This document shows positions 1-8,745 of a DNA stretch of 64,000 bases, in pieces. The stretch's first letter is position 1. The number at the start of each line of letters is the position of its first letter. The stretch is from Bacteroidota bacterium (lineage in GTDB: Bacteria > Bacteroidota > Ignavibacteria > UBA10030), in contig JAOAFT010000007.1 in the NCBI GenBank assembly GCA_026416125.1, positions 27,468 through 91,467 of the forward strand, written 5' to 3'. Both the position numbers and the translations under genes were made by a program. The notes under the pieces were generated by a model. The model was given only the letters and a program-made list of their open reading frames with translations. It was not told the DNA's origin and did not search any database.

Positions 1-75
1 GCCCGAATAGTCAAACATTTTTGTAAGATGTACTTTAGATACAAGAGACCGTCTTTGCACTTTTTCAGCACTATG

Positions 76-876
76 TTACCATGGTTGTTCGAGGCCGACA
101 TTGAAGATGAAAGAATAGTCTGTAGACGATGATGTAAAGGTAATTGGAACAGCCATTCCACCAACAATATAAACATCTCCAATATCAAATGAGAATCGTA
201 TACCTGTGCAGAGAGTACGATTTGTAATTGATGTTGTACCGTGCGGCTGAATTTCATCAAAGTGTGAGCAGAGAAACTCGCATACAAAACTGCAATGGTG
301 GTGGAGTAACCATGCTGCATTGAAGCCTACCAACGCAGACTTGAGTGATTTTGTAATTGTACCCGTTGGGAATGATTTTTTTGCCTGTGGCAAGTAAGAG
401 ATTCCGATATTGGAATTTACCATAATTGCGTTCGAAACCCGTTTTGTAATAGGAAGTATAAACCCTAGTCCGAAAGTTCCGTGTCCGAGATCATTTTTAT
501 AATTTCCTGTTGGAAAAAAGAACGAAAAGTGTGGTGCAATCCATGCCCAGTCCTGTTCTCGACAGAGCTGGTATCGATAGTCGAGAGAAAGGTCACCTAT
601 CCCATGGACAGAGTTCTCGAGAGCATGAAAAGGAATTGTAAAGCCAAGCTGGTGAGTTTCACCAGCGAGTGGCCATTCCTGAGTGTAGATTGCAGTAAAT
701 TGGTCTGGAGATGCAATATCAAGAGTCATAGAGTGCCAAAGTGCACCATCGCTTTGATTGATTGCCTCTTCAAGTAAAAAGGAATTGTCTTCAATAGCAG
801 GTGTCCACTCTTGGGCATGTACCCATGGAATGAGAATGATACTACAAATGAATAGAATAACTCTAACCATATTCAT
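76..876 (-). CDS. Outer-membrane beta-barrel 'transporter' family protein (Phenol_MetA_deg-like)
   Basis: Within ORF 76..1041 an ATG at 876 follows AAAGGA and opens a signal peptide (MNMVRVILFICSIILIPWVHAQ); IEDNSFLLEEAINQ motif, GIGDLSLDYRYQ, FFPTG...LGHG, amphipathic strands, aromatic C-terminus. Confidence 0.65.
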   Translation of the reverse strand: MNMVRVILFICSIILIPWVHAQEWTPAIEDNSFLLEEAINQSDGALWHSMTLDIASPDQFTAIYTQEWPLAGETHQLGFTIPFHALENSVHGIGDLSLDYRYQLCREQDWAWIAPHFSFFFPTGNYKNDLGHGTFGLGFILPITKRVSNAIMVNSNIGISYLPQAKKSFPTGTITKSLKSALVGFNAAWLLHHHCSFVCEFLCSHFDEIQPHGTTSITNRTLCTGIRFSFDIGDVYIVGGMAVPITFTSSSTDYSFIFNVGLEQPW

Positions 877-1050
877 AGTATTTCCTTTGCATGTTTTGTT
901 GTTAGATGATTTCTTGATGATGAGTTTTGGAGTGCATGTACAGCACTGGTAGCTTGAGTTAATTTCCGAACGTATAAAACATAGTATCCCTCTCAATGCG
1001 AGGGCGACGATCATCATTGTTATGACATCAAAAACAGTCATAGACTCACT

Positions 1051-3117
1051 CTAAAGGAGATATAAACCAACGTTGTAGACAAGAAGTGCAACACCGTATG
1101 CGAGGATTGTGTAAAATGTGATAAAGAAAATAGTCCATTGCCAACTATTTGTTTCGCGTTGAATGACAGCGATTGTTGAAAGGCATTGTGGTGCAATTGC
1201 AAAGAAAATTAATACACTGAGAGCAGGGAGGGTAGGTAAGTTCTGGTTGATGTTGTTCAAGTGTTGATGTACCGACAACACCAAAAGGTCATTGCTCCCG
1301 ATGTTTGTGAGGGTGTTTATGGTACTGATAAACAATTCACGTTGTAAGAACGAACTTAACAATGCGACACCGATTTTCCAATCGTACCCTAGAGGAGCAA
1401 AAAGTGGTTCAAGGATACGACCGGCAGTCCCGAGGTAACTCATCGAGAGTTGTTCCGAAGGGGACGCAGTAGGAATCTGTGGATGTGTTGAAAAATACCA
1501 CAGAACAATTGATGCGAAGAGAATAATGGTGCCGGCACGCTTCAAAAAGATAAGAGATCGTTCCCACATGTTCATGAACACGTTTTTCATGAGTGGGAGA
1601 CGGTACGGAGGGAGTTCAATGAGAAGATCAGGTGATGGACCTTTAACCACAGATCGCCGAAGGAAAAAGGTAATGCAAAAAGCAAGTACTATTCCTAAGA
1701 AGTAGAGAGATGTGAGTACAAGGGCTTGAAGTGGGAGGAAGCCGACAACAACATTAGCTGGTATTGTGGCTGCTATTAACAACGTGTAGACTGGGAGTCG
1801 TGCGCTGCAGCTCATAAGCGGTGCAACGAAAAGAGTAATAATACGATCTCGTTGGTTTTCGAGTGTGCGTGTAGCTAATATACCTGGTACAGCGCATGCG
1901 AAAGAGCTCAGGAGGGGAATAAATGCTTTGCCTGGAAGTCCAACTTTTCTCATTACCTTGTCAAGGAGAAAAGCAGCTCGAGCCATATACCCACTTTCCT
2001 CAAGGACACTGAGTAAAAAAAACAGTATTGCAATTTGTGGGAGGAAAACAAGTACCGCTCCTGTACCCCCTAGTACACCATCGAGCAGAAGAGAACGAAA
2101 TGAACTCTCAGGGAGAAGGTCCATGAGAACTCTTCCACTCCACGAAATTCCCTCTTCAATCCATGTCATTGGATACGATGCCCATGTGTACACAGCTGAA
2201 AATAAGAGCACCATGGAAAGCGCGAAGAGAGGATAGCCAATAGATGGTGTCAGTAGCAATCGATCGAGGGAATCGATTGATGTTGTACTCTTTCGTGTTC
2301 GTGTGAGTACACCATCGCAGAGAGATCGTATCCAATCGATGCGTGATTGAATGAAGAGCGAGTGCCGATCATATCCCAATGCATCAAGGCGTTGATGATC
2401 TTGGAGAACGTGATCGAGAATGATTCTATCGAATACTTGAGTATGGGGGTTGGTAGATTGGTTCGTCGAAAGAAGCGTTGTAGCTTCAAACAGTGCACGC
2501 TCTTGCGGGATGTGTGCATGGTGAATTAAGAGAGAAGTTAGTTCGTTTACTTCTACTTCAACGTCGGCTGGTAATTTCCACTGGCGTACGGCAGGTGAGA
2601 TGCGAAGGGAAGTTCGAAGCGCCTCCCGTACATTGTCGATCCCAATGCCTTTATCAGCTATGGTAGGTACAATTCGGACACCAAGGCGTTGCTCGAGGAG
2701 TGGGATATTAATTGCGATACCGTTCTGGTGTGCGAGGTCTGTCATTGTGAGCACAATCAAAATGGGATATTGTTGGTCGATGATATGTGAAGCTAGATAC
2801 AAACCACGTTCGAGTGCTAATGCGCTTACAATACAGAGTATCCCATTTGGTTTTGTAATGCTTGGGTGTTTTCCTAATAGAATAGCACTTACGAGTGCCT
2901 CATCAGGCGAATGTGGAGAAAGACTATACGTACCGGGTAGATCAAGGAGTGTGATTGCAACGTCATCTGGGTAGATAACGCGCCCTTCTCGTCGTTCCAC
3001 TGTGACACCAGGATAGTTCCCAATTTTTTGGTTGAGTCCTGTGAGTTGATTAAAGAGAGTTGACTTTCCGGTATTGGGATTGCCAACAAGTGCGTACGTT
3101 ACTACTAGAGGATTCAT
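1051..3117 (-). CDS. feoB: Ferrous iron transport protein B
   Basis: GNPNTGKS, NYPGVTVE, DLPGTYSL GTPase motifs; LEESGYMARAAF, FACAVP, SCSARLPVY, ELPPYRLP membrane motifs. Confidence 0.96.
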   Translation of the reverse strand: MNPLVVTYALVGNPNTGKSTLFNQLTGLNQKIGNYPGVTVERREGRVIYPDDVAITLLDLPGTYSLSPHSPDEALVSAILLGKHPSITKPNGILCIVSALALERGLYLASHIIDQQYPILIVLTMTDLAHQNGIAINIPLLEQRLGVRIVPTIADKGIGIDNVREALRTSLRISPAVRQWKLPADVEVEVNELTSLLIHHAHIPQERALFEATTLLSTNQSTNPHTQVFDRIILDHVLQDHQRLDALGYDRHSLFIQSRIDWIRSLCDGVLTRTRKSTTSIDSLDRLLLTPSIGYPLFALSMVLLFSAVYTWASYPMTWIEEGISWSGRVLMDLLPESSFRSLLLDGVLGGTGAVLVFLPQIAILFFLLSVLEESGYMARAAFLLDKVMRKVGLPGKAFIPLLSSFACAVPGILATRTLENQRDRIITLFVAPLMSCSARLPVYTLLIAATIPANVVVGFLPLQALVLTSLYFLGIVLAFCITFFLRRSVVKGPSPDLLIELPPYRLPLMKNVFMNMWERSLIFLKRAGTIILFASIVLWYFSTHPQIPTASPSEQLSMSYLGTAGRILEPLFAPLGYDWKIGVALLSSFLQRELFISTINTLTNIGSNDLLVLSVHQHLNNINQNLPTLPALSVLIFFAIAPQCLSTIAVIQRETNSWQWTIFFITFYTILAYGVALLVYNVGLYLL

Positions 3118-3368
3118 TGTCTCACCCTATGTTCATCGATGGGTAATACTAAAATTGTTGATGCAATTGAACTATGCATCCCTATTCGTGTCATTTCTAT
3201 TTCGCAGACAATACGGTCGTGGGCTTTTAATGCCATTCGTACATTTGCATCTGGACAAAATCCGAGCTCGTAGAGCCGTTGACGAAGTGAAGGGATAGCT
3301 ACCACAGCAGTAATAACAGCTGTGTGTCCTTCTTCAATTTCTGTAAGTGGTCGAACTCTTTTTTTCAT
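3114..3368 (-). CDS. feoA: Ferrous iron transport protein A
   Basis: 84 aa SH3-like protein with RQRLYELGF motif; overlaps the feoB start by 4 nt. Confidence 0.88.
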   Translation of the reverse strand: MKKRVRPLTEIEEGHTAVITAVVAIPSLRQRLYELGFCPDANVRMALKAHDRIVCEIEMTRIGMHSSIASTILVLPIDEHRVRQ

Positions 3369-3404
3369 ACAATACTAATATAGGGAAGCAGAGAGATGTG
3401 AACA

Positions 3405-3422
3405 ATCCCTATTTGTAGGGAT
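3405..3422. promoter_or_regulatory. Palindromic operator ATCCCTA-TTTG-TAGGGAT, candidate LuxR/NarL-type site upstream of feoA
   Basis: Perfect 7-4-7 inverted repeat in the 55-bp gap between the LuxR gene and feoA. Confidence 0.55.
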
Positions 3423-3423
3423 A

Positions 3424-3987
3424 TTATTGTGTATCGCGTGGTGAAATTAGTTGGTTCATGAGGGCATAAAGGGTAAGTCCAGCAACGGTTTTTATGCCGA
3501 GTTTCCGAGTTATATTTTTTCGGTGAGAAATAACGGTGTGAAGGCTGATATTGAGTGTGTCCGCTATTTCTTTATTTAAGAATCCTTTTGCAATAAGTTT
3601 CAATACCTCAACTTCTCGTGGTGTGAGTGTATTCTCTGTGGGGTGAAATGTTCTGTTGCTTTGTGTGAATATATTCTCTAGGCGGTGAAGAATTTCGCTT
3701 TCGTGGAAAGTGTTACAGAGCTTAGGAATTGAACTTGGAATGGCTTTCTGTCTTTTACCATCATCGATGATAATGAGGTGTTTGTGGTACTGGTCAAACA
3801 ATGTCTTATGTTTCCTATAGAGCGTAGCTGAAACAAAAATATAGTCTGCTCGGTTCAGGTGATGCAACTCTGATACAGTAGTAATGGTAACGGTTATAGG
3901 TGAGTAATGTTCTTTCAGAATGCTTGCTAACCCATGTGCTTCGAGTTGGTTGAAGGAAACAATCACAACTGTGATACTGTTGAGCAT
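3424..3987 (-). CDS. LuxR-family HTH transcriptional regulator with degenerate receiver-like N-terminus
   Basis: LTPREVEVLKLIAKGFLNKEIADTLNISLHTVISHRKNITRKLG is a typical LuxR HTH. Confidence 0.92.
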   Translation of the reverse strand: MLNSITVVIVSFNQLEAHGLASILKEHYSPITVTITTVSELHHLNRADYIFVSATLYRKHKTLFDQYHKHLIIIDDGKRQKAIPSSIPKLCNTFHESEILHRLENIFTQSNRTFHPTENTLTPREVEVLKLIAKGFLNKEIADTLNISLHTVISHRKNITRKLGIKTVAGLTLYALMNQLISPRDTQ

Positions 3988-3990
3988 ACA

Positions 3991-4722
3991 TTACCGTTTC
4001 ATACATTTCAATGATTGTTCCATTTTTGCTACCAAGGGAAGTAGGATGGTGTTTTCAATTCTCGTGTGGTCTATGATATCTTTCTCTAAACGAAAGAGTT
4101 CAAAGATAATTGCATTGCACACGACTTCATCGTATTCACCGCTAATGTACTTTATAAGGATGTTCTTCAGGTCTAAGAGCTTTTCATCAATATTGGTATG
4201 TTCACGCTTGAACATCTTCATTGAATACTCTTTAGAAATGTTTCTGCGCTGATGGGTTGAGAGACCGTGATACGCGTAGTAGATCTGTTCAATGTATGGG
4301 AAGGTTACAGTATCCTCTTGTTTCAGGTGGTCAATAAGTTCCTTTTTATATTCACGAAAGTACCTTTTTACACTCTTCAAGCTTCTGTTATGTTGTGATC
4401 TGCTTTGAGCTAGTGTATCGATAAGTTGCTCGATGGTTGGTACAAGGGTCTGCAAGTAGTATGTGTGGGTACTGCGAAGGTAATTTACTATTGCAAGTAC
4501 ATTGAAAGTGTGTATTTCTTCTTCGGGGAAATAGTTCTCGTTGCTAAAGGTATTGAGCATAGCAACGAAGAAAGGAATATCAATGTTTTTTTCAATACAA
4601 ATATCGCGTACTGTTTTCTCACCAAAGCCAAGTTTGATACCAAAGCGACTCAGCACTGGGAGGAGGAGGTAATTGCTCTCTAATACTTCAGCCATTTTCA
4701 TTGATGGTGTGATCAACTTCAT
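3991..4722 (-). CDS. Hemerythrin-domain protein with ScdA/Ric-like N-terminus
   Basis: VLSRFGIKLGFGEKTVRDIC N-domain; YLRSTHTYYL, HLKQED..FP, REH, HTRIENTILLP metal-ligand motifs. Confidence 0.85.
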   Translation of the reverse strand: MKLITPSMKMAEVLESNYLLLPVLSRFGIKLGFGEKTVRDICIEKNIDIPFFVAMLNTFSNENYFPEEEIHTFNVLAIVNYLRSTHTYYLQTLVPTIEQLIDTLAQSRSQHNRSLKSVKRYFREYKKELIDHLKQEDTVTFPYIEQIYYAYHGLSTHQRRNISKEYSMKMFKREHTNIDEKLLDLKNILIKYISGEYDEVVCNAIIFELFRLEKDIIDHTRIENTILLPLVAKMEQSLKCMKR

Positions 4723-4770
4723 ATGGAGATCCTTTGGTGAGGATGGTAAACATTATGCATTAACGACGTC

Positions 4771-5517
4771 TTAACGTGGAACATTGAATATAAGTGAGAG
4801 AGGGATCCATAGTATCCAGAGGGCAAATGCTAATGTTAGTCCATAACCAAGAGATTTTTCTGAGAGCTTTGCTACTCCAATACCAATGACAGCAGTTTGC
4901 CAGAGAGAGAAAATGTTGAATGCGGCGAGAAGCCTATGCGAAATAGACGTTATATCAAAGGAATCGTAAATAAAAATAGAAAGAGCTGGCTGTGCGAATG
5001 GTGATCCAAAACTAATCATCATAAGTAGAGAGATAATATTCCCAAGTACCCCAATGAATGAAGCAAGACCGTAGACTTCGAGGTGTTGGATGTAACTTGC
5101 TTGTGATTTTAATAAAAGCTTGCTTGTGACCCAAAGAATTAGTGAGGCAATGAGAAAGTAGAGGCATGTAACGATGAAAACACCAACTGCACCAAAACCT
5201 ATAAAAAATGCAGGACTCATTGTGTCCATTCCTTCAAAAATGCGATCAGCTTGTTCTTTCGTGAGTTTTCCCTCTTCGACTTGTTTTTCGATAGAACGGC
5301 GTTGAATTTCGAGCATTTGGTAACGCAATGTCTCGTTTGTGTATGAGATAACAACTACCGCGATGCCGAGGATGATAGATGCTATAAGTGGTATAATCCA
5401 TAGTGAATGTCGTGGAGTAGTTTTCCTGCAATGTTCGAAAAGCTCACTCGGTGCAGTAAAAACGTCTAGAAGTGCTTCTCCTATCGTTGGAGCTGAAGTA
5501 GATTGTTGTTCGTCCAT
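4771..5517 (-). CDS. Yip1-family membrane protein
   Basis: N-terminal VFTAPSELF motif, about five hydrophobic helices, GGAGG RBS. Confidence 0.8.
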   Translation of the reverse strand: MDEQQSTSAPTIGEALLDVFTAPSELFEHCRKTTPRHSLWIIPLIASIILGIAVVVISYTNETLRYQMLEIQRRSIEKQVEEGKLTKEQADRIFEGMDTMSPAFFIGFGAVGVFIVTCLYFLIASLILWVTSKLLLKSQASYIQHLEVYGLASFIGVLGNIISLLMMISFGSPFAQPALSIFIYDSFDITSISHRLLAAFNIFSLWQTAVIGIGVAKLSEKSLGYGLTLAFALWILWIPLSLIFNVPR

Positions 5518-5537
5518 GGGACCTCCGTGTGGTTTGT

Positions 5538-5975
5538 TTAAAGAAAATATCGTATTCCTATTGATCCTTCGACATCAAATCCTGAAAAGTGTGTGAAGTA
5601 AAGTGCAGGTGCAAGTTGAACGTAGATATCAATTGGAATGCTCCGAGAGCACCATGTAATTCCACCGATGCCTCGAACACCAAGGTGTTCTGAGGCTATA
5701 AGTGAAACTCCGGCGCCAAAGTAAACAGGGAACCGTTCTGTTGAATGAATCACATCGTGGTAATGTTTTAGGTACTCAAGTGTAAGTCGTGAGTGTTCGT
5801 ACCGACTCCATCCGAGACTACCTTGTATTGCTTCGCTCCGTGAGATCCATGCTTTACCACTGAAACCAATTGGGTTGGCAAGAGAAAGACCCACCCCAAG
5901 ACCTTTTGTTTGTGATTTCATAGTCAAAGTTGAGAACATTAGAATAACGAAGAGATAGATGTAACGATTTTTCAT
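5538..5975 (-). CDS. Small outer-membrane beta-barrel protein (DUF3996-like)
   Basis: Signal peptide; GLGVG..NPIGFSGKAW, VYFGAG, GVRG, C-terminal GIRYFL. Confidence 0.6.
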   Translation of the reverse strand: MKNRYIYLFVILMFSTLTMKSQTKGLGVGLSLANPIGFSGKAWISRSEAIQGSLGWSRYEHSRLTLEYLKHYHDVIHSTERFPVYFGAGVSLIASEHLGVRGIGGITWCSRSIPIDIYVQLAPALYFTHFSGFDVEGSIGIRYFL

Positions 5976-6006
5976 ACCTAGCTCCAGAATATGTTAATGA
6001 TAGTAA

Positions 6007-6507
6007 TTACTCTGCTGGTGGTAAACCAAGTTCAAACCATTCTTCGTACGATGGTCCGTATACTCCTGGGACTTTTAAACCTGCTTGTCTCATGAGAATA
6101 GTCATTTGCCCTCGGTGGTGAATGAGATGCTTAACGAGCGAACAGAGTGACGAACCCCGTGTCCATTTTTCGCCATACATTTCTATTGTTTCGAGGAGTA
6201 ATACATCAGACCATTGTTCTTTAACTGCAATTCGAATAGAGTTCCCTGCTTTTTCATAAGCATCCACAATATCCTGTGCACATTGTGGTACTGGAGTTCC
6301 TTCTGGCGGTGTAACAACAATAAGGCCCATTTTTCCACCAATTTCCCCAAGGGAGAGAATTATATGCCATGCGAGGCTACCAAGTGTCCGTCCGTTAGGT
6401 GTCACTTCCTGTTTGAGAGATTTGTCGGTAAGGTATGAGAACACTTTTATCGTTGCTTGGTGCTCATTAGTCCAATCGTCGATAAATTCTTGTATTGAGT
6501 GGTACAT
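6007..6507 (-). CDS. DinB family protein
   Basis: RTLGSLAWHI, HLIHHRGQMTILMRQAGLKVPGVYGP. Confidence 0.9.
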   Translation of the reverse strand: MYHSIQEFIDDWTNEHQATIKVFSYLTDKSLKQEVTPNGRTLGSLAWHIILSLGEIGGKMGLIVVTPPEGTPVPQCAQDIVDAYEKAGNSIRIAVKEQWSDVLLLETIEMYGEKWTRGSSLCSLVKHLIHHRGQMTILMRQAGLKVPGVYGPSYEEWFELGLPPAE

Positions 6508-6662
6508 AACTTGGTTCTCCTTGCCTCTTGTTTAAGCAATAGTAACATACAAATTGATTCGAAAAAATAAAATAGAAAAGCAAGGTATAATGTGTTGTAA
6601 TTGTACTTGGAATAGAAAGAAAAGCTATGTATACTTTGTGTAGAAAAGTTAGGAGGGAATCT

Positions 6663-8690
6663 ATGAAATCGCTTTTTAGATCTTATGTACAAATTTGTCC
6701 GAATACTGGGAGAATACGAGGTCTTAATATCCCTAAGAAGAGTTGGCAGTATGTTTTTATTCCATTTATTGGTTTTATTGCTTTTATATGGATTCTCTTC
6801 CGTGTGATTCAAAAACCGAGTAGGCTTTCCTACCCATGTGTACAAACGGCATTACCATTCGCGTCGGGATTCCTTGCATACCTTCTCACTTTCGTGGTAT
6901 CGCTAGTAACGTTTTTACGTTCGAGGAAGGCATTGCGGTTTTACCCAATCTTTTTTACAGGGACATTTATTGTAGTCTCGTTCATGGGGTTTTACCTTGC
7001 TCATCAAAATGTGGTTACTCTTGAGAAGAACGTTGTGGTAAATCCAAATGAGCCAATAGGAGAAGCCCAAGGTATTTACCCAGGACGTGTTGTATGGGTT
7101 CATGATCCAAATGCAACGAATGAAAATTGTTCTCCTACAACATATGGGGACGGATGGTTCTTGCCAAAGAATAATAATCAAGCAGTGGTTGATCGAATGC
7201 TCTCACGGTCCTTGCAAGTATTGACAGGCCAAACAACGGATAGTGCTGCATGGGATGCTCTCTTCCGCTACCATAATAGTAAACGTGGTCGAGGAAATAT
7301 TCCTTATACCACTGGAGAAAAAATATTTATAAAAATCAATATTGTAAGTGCATGGAATGGAAATTTCAATACAACAGACTTATCGAAAGTAAACAATTCT
7401 TACTATGGTGTAGTTGAAACATCACCAGCGATAGTTATGGCTGTACTTCGTCAACTTGTAAACGTGGTAAAAGTTCGACAGCAAGACATATATGTTGGGG
7501 ATCCAATGCGTCATGTGTACAAACACATGTATGATTACTTACGTACTGAGTTTCCAAATATTCATTACTTAGACTATTCATACTCAACATTGGGACGTGA
7601 GCTTGCCCTGAAAGGGCAAGCTAGAATTTATTACTCTGACAATGATACAGTGTTACGACCAAATGTGTGGGGAGATCCATGGCATGGTCCTGATGGTACG
7701 GGGTCAATCTACCATGATTATCTGTATGCCATATTCGATAGTGCCAAGTACCTCATCAACATTCCAGCACTCAAAGGACACAAGCGTGCTGGTATGACGT
7801 TGTTTGCAAAAAATCACTTCGGTTCACATACGCGAGCTGATGCTTCTCACCTACACAATGGTCTAGTTGCACCACACGAAATGGAACGTGGGATTACGAG
7901 ATCTGGGTATAAACGTTATCGTGTCCAAGTTGACTTCATGGCACATTCATTGCTTGGTAAGAAGAATCTCGTATATATTCTTGACGCACTCTGGGCAACA
8001 GATCACGAACTTGGAACACCACAGAAATGGCAAATGCCGCCTTTCAATAACGATTACACATCTTCTCTCTTTGCATCACTTGATCCAGTAGCAATAGAAT
8101 CTGTGGGATATGACTTTTTACGTTCTGAGTTTACAATCCAACGAACACCACAAGCAGGCACTTACGTGCAAATGGAAGGCGTTGATGACTACCTTCACCA
8201 AGCAGCAGATTCATCGAACTGGCCTGTAGGTATTCGATATGATCCAGATAGCTGTGGTCAATATTTTAAAAGTCTTGGTGTACATGAACATTGGAATAAT
8301 GCAAACGAGAAAAAATACTCACGGAACTTACAACCTAACGGGATGGGTATCGAATTAGTGAAGATTGACCCGACAACGTCGGTAGCAATGGATCCGTTAA
8401 TCCAACCAGAACAGTTTTTTATTCTTACTTCAAACTATCCAAATCCATTCAATCCGTCGACAACAATTCAGTATCGACTCACACATCCGGCAAGCGTTAC
8501 AATCGATGTGTATGACATTCGAGGTCGCCATGTATCAACAATTATGAACGGACTGAAAACTGCAGGTACCTATACTGCAGACTTTGATGGTACTTCGCAC
8601 GCGAGTGGGATGTACATCGTCCGTTGTATAGCAAAGCGAAGTGAAGGAGAGGTTATTCAAACGGCAATGAAGATTATGCTAATAAAGTAG
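6663..8690 (+). CDS. DUF362-domain protein with N-terminal membrane segments and T9SS type A sorting domain
   Basis: ATG 6663 after AGGAGG; PGRVVWVHDP, GEKIFIKIN, INIPALKGH..GMTLFAKNHFG, DPVAIESVG; C-terminal NYPNPFNPSTTIQY...SGMYIVR...KIMLIK. Confidence 0.8.
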   Translation: MKSLFRSYVQICPNTGRIRGLNIPKKSWQYVFIPFIGFIAFIWILFRVIQKPSRLSYPCVQTALPFASGFLAYLLTFVVSLVTFLRSRKALRFYPIFFTGTFIVVSFMGFYLAHQNVVTLEKNVVVNPNEPIGEAQGIYPGRVVWVHDPNATNENCSPTTYGDGWFLPKNNNQAVVDRMLSRSLQVLTGQTTDSAAWDALFRYHNSKRGRGNIPYTTGEKIFIKINIVSAWNGNFNTTDLSKVNNSYYGVVETSPAIVMAVLRQLVNVVKVRQQDIYVGDPMRHVYKHMYDYLRTEFPNIHYLDYSYSTLGRELALKGQARIYYSDNDTVLRPNVWGDPWHGPDGTGSIYHDYLYAIFDSAKYLINIPALKGHKRAGMTLFAKNHFGSHTRADASHLHNGLVAPHEMERGITRSGYKRYRVQVDFMAHSLLGKKNLVYILDALWATDHELGTPQKWQMPPFNNDYTSSLFASLDPVAIESVGYDFLRSEFTIQRTPQAGTYVQMEGVDDYLHQAADSSNWPVGIRYDPDSCGQYFKSLGVHEHWNNANEKKYSRNLQPNGMGIELVKIDPTTSVAMDPLIQPEQFFILTSNYPNPFNPSTTIQYRLTHPASVTIDVYDIRGRHVSTIMNGLKTAGTYTADFDGTSHASGMYIVRCIAKRSEGEVIQTAMKIMLIK

Positions 8691-8709
8691 GTGGAGTAGA
8701 ACTATTTTC

Positions 8710-8745
8710 AAAAGGCATCCCCACGGGATGCCTTTTATTTTTTTT
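8710..8745. terminator. Bidirectional intrinsic terminator between convergent genes
   Basis: AAAAGGCATCCC-CAC-GGGATGCCTTTT followed by a T tract. Confidence 0.85.
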
